Shown here in pieces: positions 1-9,809 of a stretch of 64,000 nucleotides of DNA. Each line of letters begins with the position of its first letter. The first letter of the stretch is position 1. Position numbers and translations under genes: made by a program. Source of the stretch: a virus; IMG/VR virus record IMGVR_UViG_3300027973_000028, positions 98,467 through 162,466 of that record; one strand, 5' to 3'. The notes under the pieces were generated by a model. It had not been told where the DNA came from, ran no database searches, and saw only the letters and a list, made by a program, of their open reading frames with translations.

Positions 1-269
1 CCAGCCAATAATCTATTTAAACACGTGTGCTCATTTATCATAAAATTATTTTCAAAAGTTTCTTTAATTCTACACATTAAAGAGTTAAATTCTTTTATTG
101 GAAAACTTATTTTATAATTAAACCACTTGTGATCAATGTCTTTTTGCCAGCCAAGTTCAGGGTCTATGTCGTTAATTGCCTTATTGTAAAATTCTATTTC
201 TTTTTCTGAAAGAAAATAGTTGTAAACATATATATCTTCACCAAGTTTTTTAAAATTTTTATGAAACAC
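1..269 (-). CDS. Partial ORF (N-terminus), probable 2OG-Fe(II) oxygenase
   Basis: GTG at 269 after TAAGGA; open frame VFHKNFKKLGEDIYVYNYFLSEKEI... runs off the window; N-terminus resembles the oxygenase at 46448; catalytic motifs not visible. Confidence 0.5.
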   Translation of the reverse strand, partial: MFHKNFKKLGEDIYVYNYFLSEKEIEFYNKAINDIDPELGWQKDIDHKWFNYKISFPIKEFNSLMCRIKETFENNFMINEHTCLNRLLA

Positions 270-296
270 AAAAATCCTTAATCTAAGCTATTAATT

Positions 297-569
297 TCAC
301 CAAAGCCAAGGTGGCTGACTAGTAAAAACATTATACTCTAGGTTGAAAACATCTCCTATTTGTGGATACTTTCCACGAATATTATTGTCATAATCATAGC
401 ATCTTTTAAAGTGTACATTTGGATGATTTAATTGTTTTGTATAATATTCTTCCCATTTTTCAATTGATCCTAGAATCGTTGTTGCGTCACTGTCTTCTGT
501 GTTTTCTTGAAAATCTTCTAAAACCATTATAACAACATTCATTTTATTTAAAAGAGCATAACTCGCCAT
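297..569 (-). CDS. Small conserved phage protein (tail-fibre-associated type)
   Basis: MASYALLNKMNVV...NIRGKYPQIGDVF...F.SQPP pattern, typical of small proteins found beside phage fibre genes. Confidence 0.55.
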   Translation of the reverse strand: MASYALLNKMNVVIMVLEDFQENTEDSDATTILGSIEKWEEYYTKQLNHPNVHFKRCYDYDNNIRGKYPQIGDVFNLEYNVFTSQPPWLW

Positions 570-638
570 AATTAAAATTAACCTTTTTTAAAAATATATT
601 TTTTATAGGAACATTATATCATATTATCTTATATATTA

Positions 639-1391
639 TTAATGTTCTGATTCTATATTATTTACTTTATTTAAAAATTTTCTTTCTTTTGGCCATCTAT
701 TTGCTAACTCTTTATTTTTTGAAAAAAATCCTTGAGATACAAATCGATCTCCACTTATAACCGGTAGCACTTCGTGAGCAGCGTCTTCGATTCCAACATC
801 AGACCATATCAAAAGAGAATTTGCTTTTGGCTTAAAGTTAAAACCTGTCATTGGCATATTGAAATTGCCGCCTTCGTAATCATCATTAATGTAATAAACT
901 GAAGAGAAATCAGTTCCTGCATTTTTTTCAGGTAAGATGGTTCCGTCACAATGAAGCTTCATATGACTGCCAGTCGCAGCATGGGCTAGCCATGGTTCGG
1001 TTTCTCTGTATATTGTATCGCCCCATATATCAAAAATTATTTCTTCAGTTTTTTGCTGTATGCTTTCAAGTATATCGTAAACTTGACCATAAGTAGGTAT
1101 GGCCATAGATATTTTATAGTTATCACCATGTCTAGTATCTTCCGGATATGGTTCATCTATTTGACCACTATTAAATAAAATATATTCTTCTTCTGACATT
1201 AAAAATGAACGTTTAAATTTTACATCTGGATTTTTTGTATGGGTATATTCTTTCCATCTTATTGGTCCACCATACCCAACGAATTCAAAATTATCTTTTT
1301 TTTCTATGCAGTACTTATGTACAGTTTCTCTTTCTTCTTCTAAAAGAAAATCTGTGAATATAGTTATCATTGGAGTGTAAACTTTTTTCAT
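639..1391 (-). CDS. 2OG-Fe(II) oxygenase (prolyl 4-hydroxylase-like)
   Basis: HCD...YYINDDYEGG...HEVLPVISGDR: HxD...H facial triad plus 2OG-binding Arg. Confidence 0.9.
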   Translation of the reverse strand: MKKVYTPMITIFTDFLLEEERETVHKYCIEKKDNFEFVGYGGPIRWKEYTHTKNPDVKFKRSFLMSEEEYILFNSGQIDEPYPEDTRHGDNYKISMAIPTYGQVYDILESIQQKTEEIIFDIWGDTIYRETEPWLAHAATGSHMKLHCDGTILPEKNAGTDFSSVYYINDDYEGGNFNMPMTGFNFKPKANSLLIWSDVGIEDAAHEVLPVISGDRFVSQGFFSKNKELANRWPKERKFLNKVNNIESEH

Positions 1392-1405
1392 ATTTTATTT
1401 ATCCT

Positions 1406-2095
1406 TTAAATTATTGAAAAAAATCCTTGAGAAACAAATCTATCTCCGTTTAAAACGGGAAGCACTTCGTGTGCCATATCTTCGTGGCCAGAATTAGACC
1501 ACATAACAAGAGAATTGGCTAATGGTTTAAAGTTAAAACCCATCATCGGCATGCTGAAATTCCCACCCTCATAATCATCGTTTACATAATAAACCGAAGA
1601 AAAGTCTGTTGATGCATCCCTGTTGGCTATAAAGGTTCCATCACAATGTAACTTCATGTGATCTCCAATTGAAGAATGCGTTAACCATGGACCACTTTCT
1701 CTAAATGTTTTGTGGCCATATGCATCAAGAATTATTTGTTCAGTTTTTTTAAGCATGTGTGTTAGGGTTTCGTGTATCAAGCCATGCGTAGGTATGTCCA
1801 TATACATCTTATAATTATCGCCGTGCTTGCTATCCTCAGGGTATGGTTCTTCTATCTTGCCATTGGTAAACGAAGAGTACTCGTCTTCTGTCATCAAAAA
1901 TGATCGTTTAAATTTTAAGTTTGCATTTTTTGAATGCGTGTACTCCCTCCATCTTACCGCAGACCCATACCCAACAAACTCAAAGTTATCTTTATTTTGC
2001 CTACAATATTTGTCTACAATTTCCCAATCATTTTTTGCAAGGAAGTCAGTGAATATGCTTATCGTGGGAAAATCTTTTTTAATTAAGTTATTCAT
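1406..2095 (-). CDS. 2OG-Fe(II) oxygenase, tandem paralog of 639..1391
   Basis: HCD...YVNDDYEGG...HEVLPVLNGDR; likely start is ATG 2095 (MNNLIKK), overlapping the upstream stop. Confidence 0.9.
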   Translation of the reverse strand: MNNLIKKDFPTISIFTDFLAKNDWEIVDKYCRQNKDNFEFVGYGSAVRWREYTHSKNANLKFKRSFLMTEDEYSSFTNGKIEEPYPEDSKHGDNYKMYMDIPTHGLIHETLTHMLKKTEQIILDAYGHKTFRESGPWLTHSSIGDHMKLHCDGTFIANRDASTDFSSVYYVNDDYEGGNFSMPMMGFNFKPLANSLVMWSNSGHEDMAHEVLPVLNGDRFVSQGFFSII

Positions 2096-2765
2096 AATAA
2101 AATTTTCCAGATGATAAAGCTGAAGGTGGATTATCCTTATGCCAAACATTAATAACAACAACTCTTCTAACTCCTGATATAGGAGGAGTTGTGTTGTGTA
2201 TTACGTGACCTGCATCGAATATTATTAGCCTATTCGGCATACAGGCAATTCTTTCTCTAAGCTCTATAGGAACCACTAATGGATTCATGTTTTCTTTTTC
2301 AAGAGCTTTTTCAGAATCCTCTGATATAGCTGTCGGATGAAGTTCTAAAAAACCACCAACAACATCGTTTGTTTCTGGATAATATACACAGCCGATTATT
2401 GGGCCCCTGAATACTTTAGTGTCAGCGTATAAAAAAGTATCTTCATCTACATGAACATCTAAGAATTGTCCTGGCTTAAAAGTTCTAGTCCAATACTCAA
2501 ATCCACATAATTCCTCAATTGGAAAAGGAAGATTGTTTTCCCAAACTGCCCTAATTAGTCTTTTTCTTGGCGTATTTGCCTCAGATTTATGCCAGCCATC
2601 CCAAAACATATACGGGGCAAAGCAGTCGCACAGCTCGTCGTGATACCCATTCAAGACTGTCGCAATGCGTTCTTCATTGCCCATTGACTCTGGGAAAAAG
2701 TCTTTTGTATATTTAATTTCATCCAATAACATTGGATCTTTTATAAAATCATCTAAAATAATCAT
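2088..2765 (-). CDS. 2OG-Fe(II) oxygenase
   Basis: HVDED...NRLIIFDAG..H.TTP..SG.R motifs. Confidence 0.8.
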   Translation of the reverse strand: MIILDDFIKDPMLLDEIKYTKDFFPESMGNEERIATVLNGYHDELCDCFAPYMFWDGWHKSEANTPRKRLIRAVWENNLPFPIEELCGFEYWTRTFKPGQFLDVHVDEDTFLYADTKVFRGPIIGCVYYPETNDVVGGFLELHPTAISEDSEKALEKENMNPLVVPIELRERIACMPNRLIIFDAGHVIHNTTPPISGVRRVVVINVWHKDNPPSALSSGKFYYE

Positions 2766-2778
2766 AATTTATATAGTA

Positions 2779-3483
2779 CTACAGTTTGACCGCATATGTA
2801 ACAGCAGCGCCTGTTGGATTGTGATATACGCATGAATTTTCTGTATTTTTAAGTTTTTCGTGAACTTCGTGAAAGTCTGTAAAAACAGATTCATCTCTAT
2901 ACAGAGAATCCGTGCCAGTATAAAGTATCATCATAGTGCCGTTTTTATTTAACATATTAAAGAACTCAACAACACTATCGGGATCATGGAGCACATCGTG
3001 CACACTCATGCATATAAAATCGTATGTTTCTTTTGTGCCGAGCTCTACTTCTTGCATTGAAAGAATATTATAATTCCAATTTTCATTATCTTTTTTTATT
3101 ATTCTTTCAAATAAATTTAACTGATAATTATTTAATAATGTTAGTTTACACTTTTTATGCATTAGTCTCAATAACCCCGTATTGAACGCGGGCAATGTCA
3201 TCAAACAGGTTTTTGGATTGGCTGTTAAAAATCCAAATTCATGAGTATTTGCCGCATAGTGATACGCTTGATTAGTGTTCCAAAAATGACTTTCTTGGCT
3301 AAATACATCAAAATACCAAATAAGAAAATCCATCCCCGATGCTATCTTTCTTTTGTCTAGATCTAGGGTGTCTAAATATTCTTTTACATTTTTACTTTTT
3401 TGTATTGATTCTTCGACTGATTCTATATCTGTATATTTTATTAAGTTTACTAAATTATCAAAATAATCTTTTTCATACATCAT
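2779..3483 (-). CDS. Hypothetical, possible degenerate class I SAM methyltransferase fold
   Basis: C-terminal YDFICMS...FFNMLNKNGTMMI resembles MTase motifs; no clear GxGxG. Confidence 0.4.
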   Translation of the reverse strand: MMYEKDYFDNLVNLIKYTDIESVEESIQKSKNVKEYLDTLDLDKRKIASGMDFLIWYFDVFSQESHFWNTNQAYHYAANTHEFGFLTANPKTCLMTLPAFNTGLLRLMHKKCKLTLLNNYQLNLFERIIKKDNENWNYNILSMQEVELGTKETYDFICMSVHDVLHDPDSVVEFFNMLNKNGTMMILYTGTDSLYRDESVFTDFHEVHEKLKNTENSCVYHNPTGAAVTYAVKL

Positions 3484-3769
3484 CTTTGATAGCTCCAATC
3501 GCTAGTTGTCGCATATGCCAAAGTCTTCTTATGTTTCCTATTAAAGAGATTCGTTGATTTTTTAAATATAGATAACATGGGTCTTGACCTATATTTATCT
3601 TGCCAGACTCAACATCGTCTATTGGGGCTATTGTTAATAGTCTAGCAGCAGATATAATTTCATCTATGGTGTATAAATCTATATTTGATCCATCTAAACT
3701 AATACAATATAAATAAAAAGAAATTTTGTTATCTATATACTCCAAGTCTTTTATCGCATTATATCTCAT
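3473..3769 (-). CDS. Hypothetical protein
   Basis: ORF translationally coupled to its neighbours. Confidence 0.6.
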   Translation of the reverse strand: MRYNAIKDLEYIDNKISFYLYCISLDGSNIDLYTIDEIISAARLLTIAPIDDVESGKINIGQDPCYLYLKNQRISLIGNIRRLWHMRQLAIGAIKDDV

Positions 3770-3972
3770 GTTAGATCTTCTATTTTTGGAGATAAGGGCA
3801 AGATTATATATCTGTTCATTTCTGCAAAATCACTCGTTAGCACGTATTCTCTGGTCGTGCCACCATTTTCCATAATTATATTTTCATCTTCATCAGAGTA
3901 TGATGGAATAAAATTATCCATCTTTTCTGTAAATTCATGTATAAGTTCTTCACTAACCTTTTTGGGTTCCAT
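3766..3972 (-). CDS. Hypothetical protein
   Basis: ORF in operon, ATGA overlap. Confidence 0.6.
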   Translation of the reverse strand: MEPKKVSEELIHEFTEKMDNFIPSYSDEDENIIMENGGTTREYVLTSDFAEMNRYIILPLSPKIEDLT

Positions 3973-3973
3973 G

Positions 3974-4201
3974 TTAACTTATTTTTTTAAGAGCTACAAT
4001 TTGATTGTAAAGAGATGTTATTGCATCTGTTTGCATTTGAGATTTTTCTTCTTCACCCAAAAGATCACTTAATGAATTTGATGCCATTGCTTTTTCCATA
4101 TCTTTTCCAAGAAGAAGACATAGTTTATAAATAGATTTTGTTAAATATATACTGGTTTTCTGCTTAATCAAATTAAGCTCTTCTTGCCCAAGAGCAGCCA
4201 T
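3974..4201 (-). CDS. Hypothetical protein
   Basis: ORF in operon, TAATG overlap. Confidence 0.6.
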   Translation of the reverse strand: MAALGQEELNLIKQKTSIYLTKSIYKLCLLLGKDMEKAMASNSLSDLLGEEEKSQMQTDAITSLYNQIVALKKIS

Positions 4202-5094
4202 TAGTACTGCTCCATATTTAGTGCCACAAGATACTGTAGTGAATCCTCTTTGTATCCTTTTCCTTCAATTTGTTTTAGATAGTCTTGTCTAAGAAATGGA
4301 AGATAAAGATTTACCTCCATTGTAGAATTTGCTGGGTCTTTCAGCGGATCAAGAACATGTTCATTAAGTTCTTTGTTTGGACTACCATGACAATACCAAC
4401 CGAGATAGGCGTATCTTACTCCGTTGTCTGTAGGTCTTATTTGATGCGCTGCCATATAATCACTAGGGAACATTAATACATCTCCCTTTTTAGGAGAATA
4501 GTCTATATCTAAATAGGGGAAAAAATGAGAGCCTCCTGTAAAGTTTTTTCCATTAAGTTCGGCGTCTGTTTCAACATTATCATTTATATAGAATATTGTT
4601 CCAACTACATTTTTCATGGCTAGCTGCTGACTTGGATGCGGGACGCCATACATATAATCTGTTTGTATATCTGCGTGTGGGCCCATATAAACATTAGATT
4701 TATATTGAGTTATGTGACCTCTGCTCTGCCACCAAACACATTTGTATACCAATGGAAATATTTCTATATATTTTAATAAGCATTTATATTTAACTTCATC
4801 AATAAAAGCCAAAGTTTTTATTGCGTGCAGTTCTTTATCTCTATGAATTCTTGTTGCCCTATATGGCATTTGTTCAATTTGCTCAATCGGAAAAAAGTAT
4901 CCACTATTATTTACGTAAACTTGTTCCCCCGTATTTGGATGGATAGTAAGTGAATACATTTCTGCTTTTTCTTGTTCTATACTTCTTTCGCAAAAACCAT
5001 ACATCCAATCCCAGTCTATGGTGGCAGTATTTTCGAAAAGAACGACTCCACCACCAAGATGTTTTGGCTCTACATCAACGTAATTCATTGTCAT
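4201..5094 (-). CDS. 2OG-Fe(II) oxygenase
   Basis: HAD...FYIND...FTGG...PKKGDVLMFPS...H.I.P...G.RY. Confidence 0.88.
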   Translation of the reverse strand: MTMNYVDVEPKHLGGGVVLFENTATIDWDWMYGFCERSIEQEKAEMYSLTIHPNTGEQVYVNNSGYFFPIEQIEQMPYRATRIHRDKELHAIKTLAFIDEVKYKCLLKYIEIFPLVYKCVWWQSRGHITQYKSNVYMGPHADIQTDYMYGVPHPSQQLAMKNVVGTIFYINDNVETDAELNGKNFTGGSHFFPYLDIDYSPKKGDVLMFPSDYMAAHQIRPTDNGVRYAYLGWYCHGSPNKELNEHVLDPLKDPANSTMEVNLYLPFLRQDYLKQIEGKGYKEDSLQYLVALNMEQY

Positions 5095-5812
5095 TATTTT
5101 CTCCTGATTTATCGTCTAATTCTGCTAGTTTTAACATGCCCTTAACTCCTGGCCCAATTTTATTACCATCTGCATCTAAGCCAGTTTTTATTCCCTTTAC
5201 CCATGTCCATGGTTTATCTTTTGAATTTTGCATTTTGAGATCATTATATTTTCTTCTTGATTCTTCTAATTCTTTGTTGTCCCATCTATTTACTACTTCA
5301 AACTCAACACTCGGTAGTAAGTCTGTTGGATAGATAGTAAAGAATAAAAATGGACTTCCCTTAGGGAATACAACAGGTTCATTTACCTTATGAATTACCC
5401 AATTTGTTTGAACTTCATCTGGCCACCAGCCAGAAGGGATGCTTGCGGTCATCGGTGACGCACCATCTACATAATAATTTGGCGAACCAGTTGTCCACAA
5501 ACTATAACCTTCTTCTGTGTTTATTGCCCAACCAGTTGCGATTGATATCATTCCATGTATATTTGAGTGAGCAAAATTAAATCCATTGTGAACGCCTCCA
5601 CTAATTATTCTTGCTGGGCTTGCTCCCCCGTCCCAAATTACCACTAGTTCTTCTGGGAGTATCATTTCCCAACCGCTAACATTTGCTGTAGTTACTGGTG
5701 TGCATTGGTATGCGTGTTTGTTATAGGTATTATCCATCCAATCTCTTTTAAGGCGGGACTGCCTTATTTCGACTGAGTTGTTATGAGTTCTTGATAGTAT
5801 TATTTTTGTCAT
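5075..5812 (-). CDS. DUF6065-like protein
   Basis: RDWMD.T..KHAY.C.P..AN..GW signature, recalled as DUF6065; not searched. Confidence 0.65.
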   Translation of the reverse strand: MTKIILSRTHNNSVEIRQSRLKRDWMDNTYNKHAYQCTPVTTANVSGWEMILPEELVVIWDGGASPARIISGGVHNGFNFAHSNIHGMISIATGWAINTEEGYSLWTTGSPNYYVDGASPMTASIPSGWWPDEVQTNWVIHKVNEPVVFPKGSPFLFFTIYPTDLLPSVEFEVVNRWDNKELEESRRKYNDLKMQNSKDKPWTWVKGIKTGLDADGNKIGPGVKGMLKLAELDDKSGENNDNELR

Positions 5813-5813
5813 G

Positions 5814-6563
5814 CTAAATACCTAAAAATATATAATCTGAATCTAAATTTTTTATTGGTCCAGGCATTTGGCCATAAAATCTTGGACCTCGACCGGCATC
5901 TGGATCTGCTGGTGACCCATCTAAATTATGCCCATATTGAAATCCTTTATGAGTTCTCTCGTTATAGTCGAACATTGTAACAACTGAATATTTTGTGCCA
6001 GATACGACTGGTAACGAACTATGTGCATAAATGTATGTTGAGGGAAACAATATTATGTCTCCAACTTTTGGTTTTATTTTAAATCTAAGTGTATCAAAAA
6101 CCAATTCTCCACCATCATAATTATCATTTAAATAAGCCACAGATGATACAGTACAATTGTAGCTATAGCCATGATCTGCATGCGCAGAGAAGTGTTCTCC
6201 TGGAACATATTTAACAAAATTAAAGCTTTCCATAAAATCCATTTTTATACCGTGTCTTACCTCATAATCATAAAGGCATTCAAGTAGTGGAGATTTTACT
6301 GCTTCGCAAACCTCTTTGATTTCTTTTTGTTCTGGAGAATTTTCCCAAACGGTGTTATCTGGATGTATTTTAAAATCACTACAATTTCTATAACTTTTGT
6401 TTTTATTTAAATCCCCAGTTGTTCCCAAATCCCATTTAAATCTATCATTAGTGGATTTTTCCAATGCAAGCTCAAGTTTATCTATTAGGCTTTCTGCATC
6501 AGGGATGGCTCCTCTGTAGACTATAACACCTAATCTTGCATCAAAAACATATTGTGGGTTCAT
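5814..6563 (-). CDS. 2OG-Fe(II) oxygenase (prolyl 4-hydroxylase-like)
   Basis: KY.PGEHF..HAD...YLNDNYDGGEL.F...FPS.Y.Y.H...PV.SGTKY. Confidence 0.92.
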   Translation of the reverse strand: MNPQYVFDARLGVIVYRGAIPDAESLIDKLELALEKSTNDRFKWDLGTTGDLNKNKSYRNCSDFKIHPDNTVWENSPEQKEIKEVCEAVKSPLLECLYDYEVRHGIKMDFMESFNFVKYVPGEHFSAHADHGYSYNCTVSSVAYLNDNYDGGELVFDTLRFKIKPKVGDIILFPSTYIYAHSSLPVVSGTKYSVVTMFDYNERTHKGFQYGHNLDGSPADPDAGRGPRFYGQMPGPIKNLDSDYIFLGI

Positions 6564-6587
6564 AATTATCTATCTCCGATAAATGTG

Positions 6588-6623
6588 TGATATAATTTAT
6601 TAAAAGCAAAGCCCATTATACCA
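6588..6623. promoter_or_regulatory. Face-to-face extended -10 promoters for divergent oxygenase genes
   Basis: TGaTATAAT on + at 6588-6596; TGgTATAAT on - at 6623-6615. Confidence 0.6.
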
Positions 6624-6643
6624 CAATTTTTGGAGAGCTAATT

Positions 6644-7285
6644 ATGTTTAATGAAGAAATAACAGAAGAAAAACCCTGGAAAGTTCTGCCTGGAACATTT
6701 GGAAATTCTACCGATAATATTAAAATTATAGAAAATTTTATTGAAAAAGAGGATTTGTTATCTTTACAAAATTTTGTAAAAAAAATAGATGAATGGGACA
6801 ACTCAAGAGGAAGTGAATATCATGAAGACGGAACTATTAAATATGGTGCCGACGTTTGGTTAAATAGGACTTGTAGTTCTTATATTGTAAAAAAATTAGA
6901 TAGAAATATTTATGATCTAATTGATTTTTATATTGATAAAATGACTGAAAGTATAAACAGTAATTATAATTGTATTGTTGAAAAAAGACCACCAGTCATT
7001 GTTTGTTGGCGACCTGGAGATTTTCAGATAGCACACGCCGACAAACAGCTTCAAGATGGAAGACCGAATGCTTTTCCAGATTATGACATTAATTCATTAT
7101 TTTATATTAATGATGACTATATCGGGGGAGAATTATTCTATACCCAACATGGTAAAAAGTTAAAGCCAGTAGCAGGTATGGCAGTATCACATCCTGGAGA
7201 TGTGAATTACATACATGGAGTAACTCCAGTACTATCCGGAGTTAGATGGGTTATCCCAGCCTTCTATGCTGTTAAATCTTTTTAA
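6644..7285 (+). CDS. 2OG-Fe(II) oxygenase
   Basis: HADK...YINDDYIGGEL...HGVTPVLSGVR. Confidence 0.9.
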   Translation: MFNEEITEEKPWKVLPGTFGNSTDNIKIIENFIEKEDLLSLQNFVKKIDEWDNSRGSEYHEDGTIKYGADVWLNRTCSSYIVKKLDRNIYDLIDFYIDKMTESINSNYNCIVEKRPPVIVCWRPGDFQIAHADKQLQDGRPNAFPDYDINSLFYINDDYIGGELFYTQHGKKLKPVAGMAVSHPGDVNYIHGVTPVLSGVRWVIPAFYAVKSF

Positions 7286-7290
7286 TAAGA

Positions 7291-7707
7291 TTATTTAAAT
7301 CCTGGAGGACTAAAGAAAGCTGGAGGACCAAAGAATCCTGGGGGGGCAAAGAACCCTGGAGGAGCGAAGAATCCTGGAGGACTAAAGAACCCTGGAGGAC
7401 CAAAAAATCCTGGAGGACTAAAGAATGCTGGAGGACCGAAGAACCCTGGTGGAGCAAAGAAAGCTGGAGGAGAGAAAGCTCCTACAGTATAATTAATTGC
7501 CGTTCCCAAAGGAGTTACAGTTGTGTCGGTAATCGCTGGAGTTACAACATCATTTAAGCCTGAATTTTGTGTTGGGGTTGTTGTTACTGATCCAACAGTA
7601 AAACCAGCAGCGGTTATTGTTGTATTAGCTGTAGTCTTCGCGGTACCTTCTGCAACTGTAGGTTTAGCTTTTTTTCTATTCTGTTTTTTACCTGAATTTT
7701 CAGCCAT
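7291..7707 (-). CDS. PASTA-like domain plus 10x (S/A/G)PP(G/A)FF repeat protein
   Basis: KPTVAEG...ANTTITAAGFTVGSVT...GTAINYTVG resembles PASTA; C-terminal hexapeptide tandem repeat. Confidence 0.75.
   Translation of the reverse strand: MAENSGKKQNRKKAKPTVAEGTAKTTANTTITAAGFTVGSVTTTPTQNSGLNDVVTPAITDTTVTPLGTAINYTVGAFSPPAFFAPPGFFGPPAFFSPPGFFGPPGFFSPPGFFAPPGFFAPPGFFGPPAFFSPPGFK
7296..7476 (-). repeat. 18-nt tandem repeat encoding xPP(G/A)FF
   Basis: Ten degenerate 18-mers such as CCTGGAGGACTAAAGAAC on the + strand. Confidence 0.9.
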
Positions 7708-7708
7708 A

Positions 7709-9730
7709 TTATGATGCCAAGTCTCCTAATGCTACCCATGTATCGGTAGCTCTTTTGATGATTGTAGCAGATGACCACTGCGCACGCAACTTCAAACCTG
7801 GAGTATAGTTAATGGTAACTCCAGCACCAGCTGTTAGCGTGCACTGTCCAGCTCCTGTTTGCAGCACTGTGATGGTGGTTCCAACAGGAAGGGCTACTGA
7901 AGAGTTTGGTGGTATTGTCAAAGTGTTTGCAGAAGCGTTGTTCATTTCAATCATCTTACCGCTGTCCGCTAAGACTAAGGTATAACTAGCTATTTGAGCG
8001 TTGGTGACTGTGTCGGTAAATATTCTTTGATAGTTAGTGCCATCATTAGTGAACTCCCAACAGTCTGTGGTTTCATTCCAGCGTAATTGAACGTTTGTTG
8101 AAGTACCACGTTCAACTTCAACTCCAGCATTTTCGGATGGAGTTCCAGCTTCATTGTTATTTAACACAATCAAATTATCATTGATTGTTAAAGTTTCAGA
8201 GTTAACAGTTGTGGTTGTACCAGAAACTGTAAAGTTGCCAGTAACGGTAAGATTACCTGCCACTGTTGGGTTGGATGTGTTAACCCAGGCTGAACCATTG
8301 TACAAAAGAACCTGGTTAGAAACTGCAGATGTTATTGTAACATCTGACAAATTGTCTATTGTAGCATCTAATGATACTGTAGCTGTTGAACCTTCTGATT
8401 GAGTATGCGCAACAGATATACCTGTTCCAGAAGCCACATTAACCATGTAGTTACCAGTTGTATCTGCACCAAGATCAACGGCATCGTTCACCCAAGCAGA
8501 ACCGTTATACTTAAGGAACTGACCCGAAGCAACAGATGTAATTGTTACATCGGTAATATCATCAATCGCTGATGTTGGGACTCCCCAGTCAATGCCTTTG
8601 GCAGCGCCGCTATTAGCCCTTAAGAAGTAGCCATTTGTTCCTACGCTTAAAACAGATGGTGTATTATCTGCTGTAGCGGTAAATATATCGCCTTTTGCAT
8701 TAGCGAGTGATTTAGCAACAGCGTCGCTTTCTATTTGATTAATTACAAACTCAGTTGTTGCAATTTGCGTATTATCTGTATTCGTAGCTGCTGTTGGGGC
8801 TAATGGTGTTCCAGTTAAAGATGGGCTAGCTAAAGTTGCATAACCTGCAAATGATACGTTAGATGTTGTTGTAGAAGTTACCCTTCCATACGCATCGACT
8901 GTATGACCGCTAATGAATGAAGTAACATTCGAACCAGAAGAATTTGTTTGCTCTACTGTAGCAAGATCGATACTATCCGCATTAACTACTAGTCTACCCG
9001 AACTTGCTGACATAACATTTACTGTATTATTTGTTACTACCAATCCATCGCCAGCTGTAAACCCACCAGTGCCAGTGAATTGTGCGTATGTTAGATTGTC
9101 TGTGCCAAAAATTATGGCATTATTTGCTCCAGATGGGGTCCCGGTTAAGATAAAACCACAGTTTATATTAGCAGATCCAGCTACTACAAATACAGCATCT
9201 CCCTTTGTGACTTCACCTGCAGGGTTATTGTCTGAATCTGTTCTCCTTGTAAGAACAAATGGTGTGCCAACAGCACCAGCGGTAGTCACTGTATAAATAC
9301 CATTTTGTGTTGCAGTAGCTTGATTCTTTACAAGAATGGAATAACCAGCTTCGGCTGTTCCTAGGTCTATTGTAAGCACACCGTTTGCTGTTGCAGTTAG
9401 TGTAGCACCAACACCTGCAGTTCCATTATTATATGTGCACGATGGCAGTGCGGCAGTTGTAGCCAATGCCACAGGATTTTGCCAGCTAACTCCAGCAAAC
9501 AGATCATCTACATATCCTCTTGTGGCAAGAGCTGTTGATCCACTTCCAGCATTCGATGCAAAGACGGACGTAACATTCATTACGCCATTAGCTGCTATAT
9601 TACCAACAACAGTGCCGGCAGAGTTTTTAAATTCAACCAGTGGTGCAGTGGCACCAGACGCTGCTTTAAATACAACAGATTCATCATTAACTGTAATTTC
9701 TGGTGCGGTTTCTGTTCTTAAACGGGCCAT
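7709..9730 (-). CDS. Tail fibre protein
   Basis: Thr/Gly/Ser-rich; ILVKNQ...QNGIY domain, LASPSLTGTP.APT..TQIATTEFV, DVTITS..GQFLKYNGSAWVN repeats. Confidence 0.85.
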   Translation of the reverse strand: MARLRTETAPEITVNDESVVFKAASGATAPLVEFKNSAGTVVGNIAANGVMNVTSVFASNAGSGSTALATRGYVDDLFAGVSWQNPVALATTAALPSCTYNNGTAGVGATLTATANGVLTIDLGTAEAGYSILVKNQATATQNGIYTVTTAGAVGTPFVLTRRTDSDNNPAGEVTKGDAVFVVAGSANINCGFILTGTPSGANNAIIFGTDNLTYAQFTGTGGFTAGDGLVVTNNTVNVMSASSGRLVVNADSIDLATVEQTNSSGSNVTSFISGHTVDAYGRVTSTTTSNVSFAGYATLASPSLTGTPLAPTAATNTDNTQIATTEFVINQIESDAVAKSLANAKGDIFTATADNTPSVLSVGTNGYFLRANSGAAKGIDWGVPTSAIDDITDVTITSVASGQFLKYNGSAWVNDAVDLGADTTGNYMVNVASGTGISVAHTQSEGSTATVSLDATIDNLSDVTITSAVSNQVLLYNGSAWVNTSNPTVAGNLTVTGNFTVSGTTTTVNSETLTINDNLIVLNNNEAGTPSENAGVEVERGTSTNVQLRWNETTDCWEFTNDGTNYQRIFTDTVTNAQIASYTLVLADSGKMIEMNNASANTLTIPPNSSVALPVGTTITVLQTGAGQCTLTAGAGVTINYTPGLKLRAQWSSATIIKRATDTWVALGDLAS

Positions 9731-9809
9731 ATCACTCCTATGGAAATTGAACTCTTGATTTATAGTACTAGCAAAAAGCTATTTTTATAGTAATGCCTTT
9801 ATCACAAAT

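Noticed and set aside
7296-7476. CRISPR-like or non-coding tandem repeat
   Set aside because: The 18-nt period has no spacers and varies mainly at synonymous positions; it is protein-coding.
7291-7480. Similarity of PPGF to bradykinin (RPPGFSPFR)
   Set aside because: A short low-complexity match with no flanking Arg residues; coincidental.
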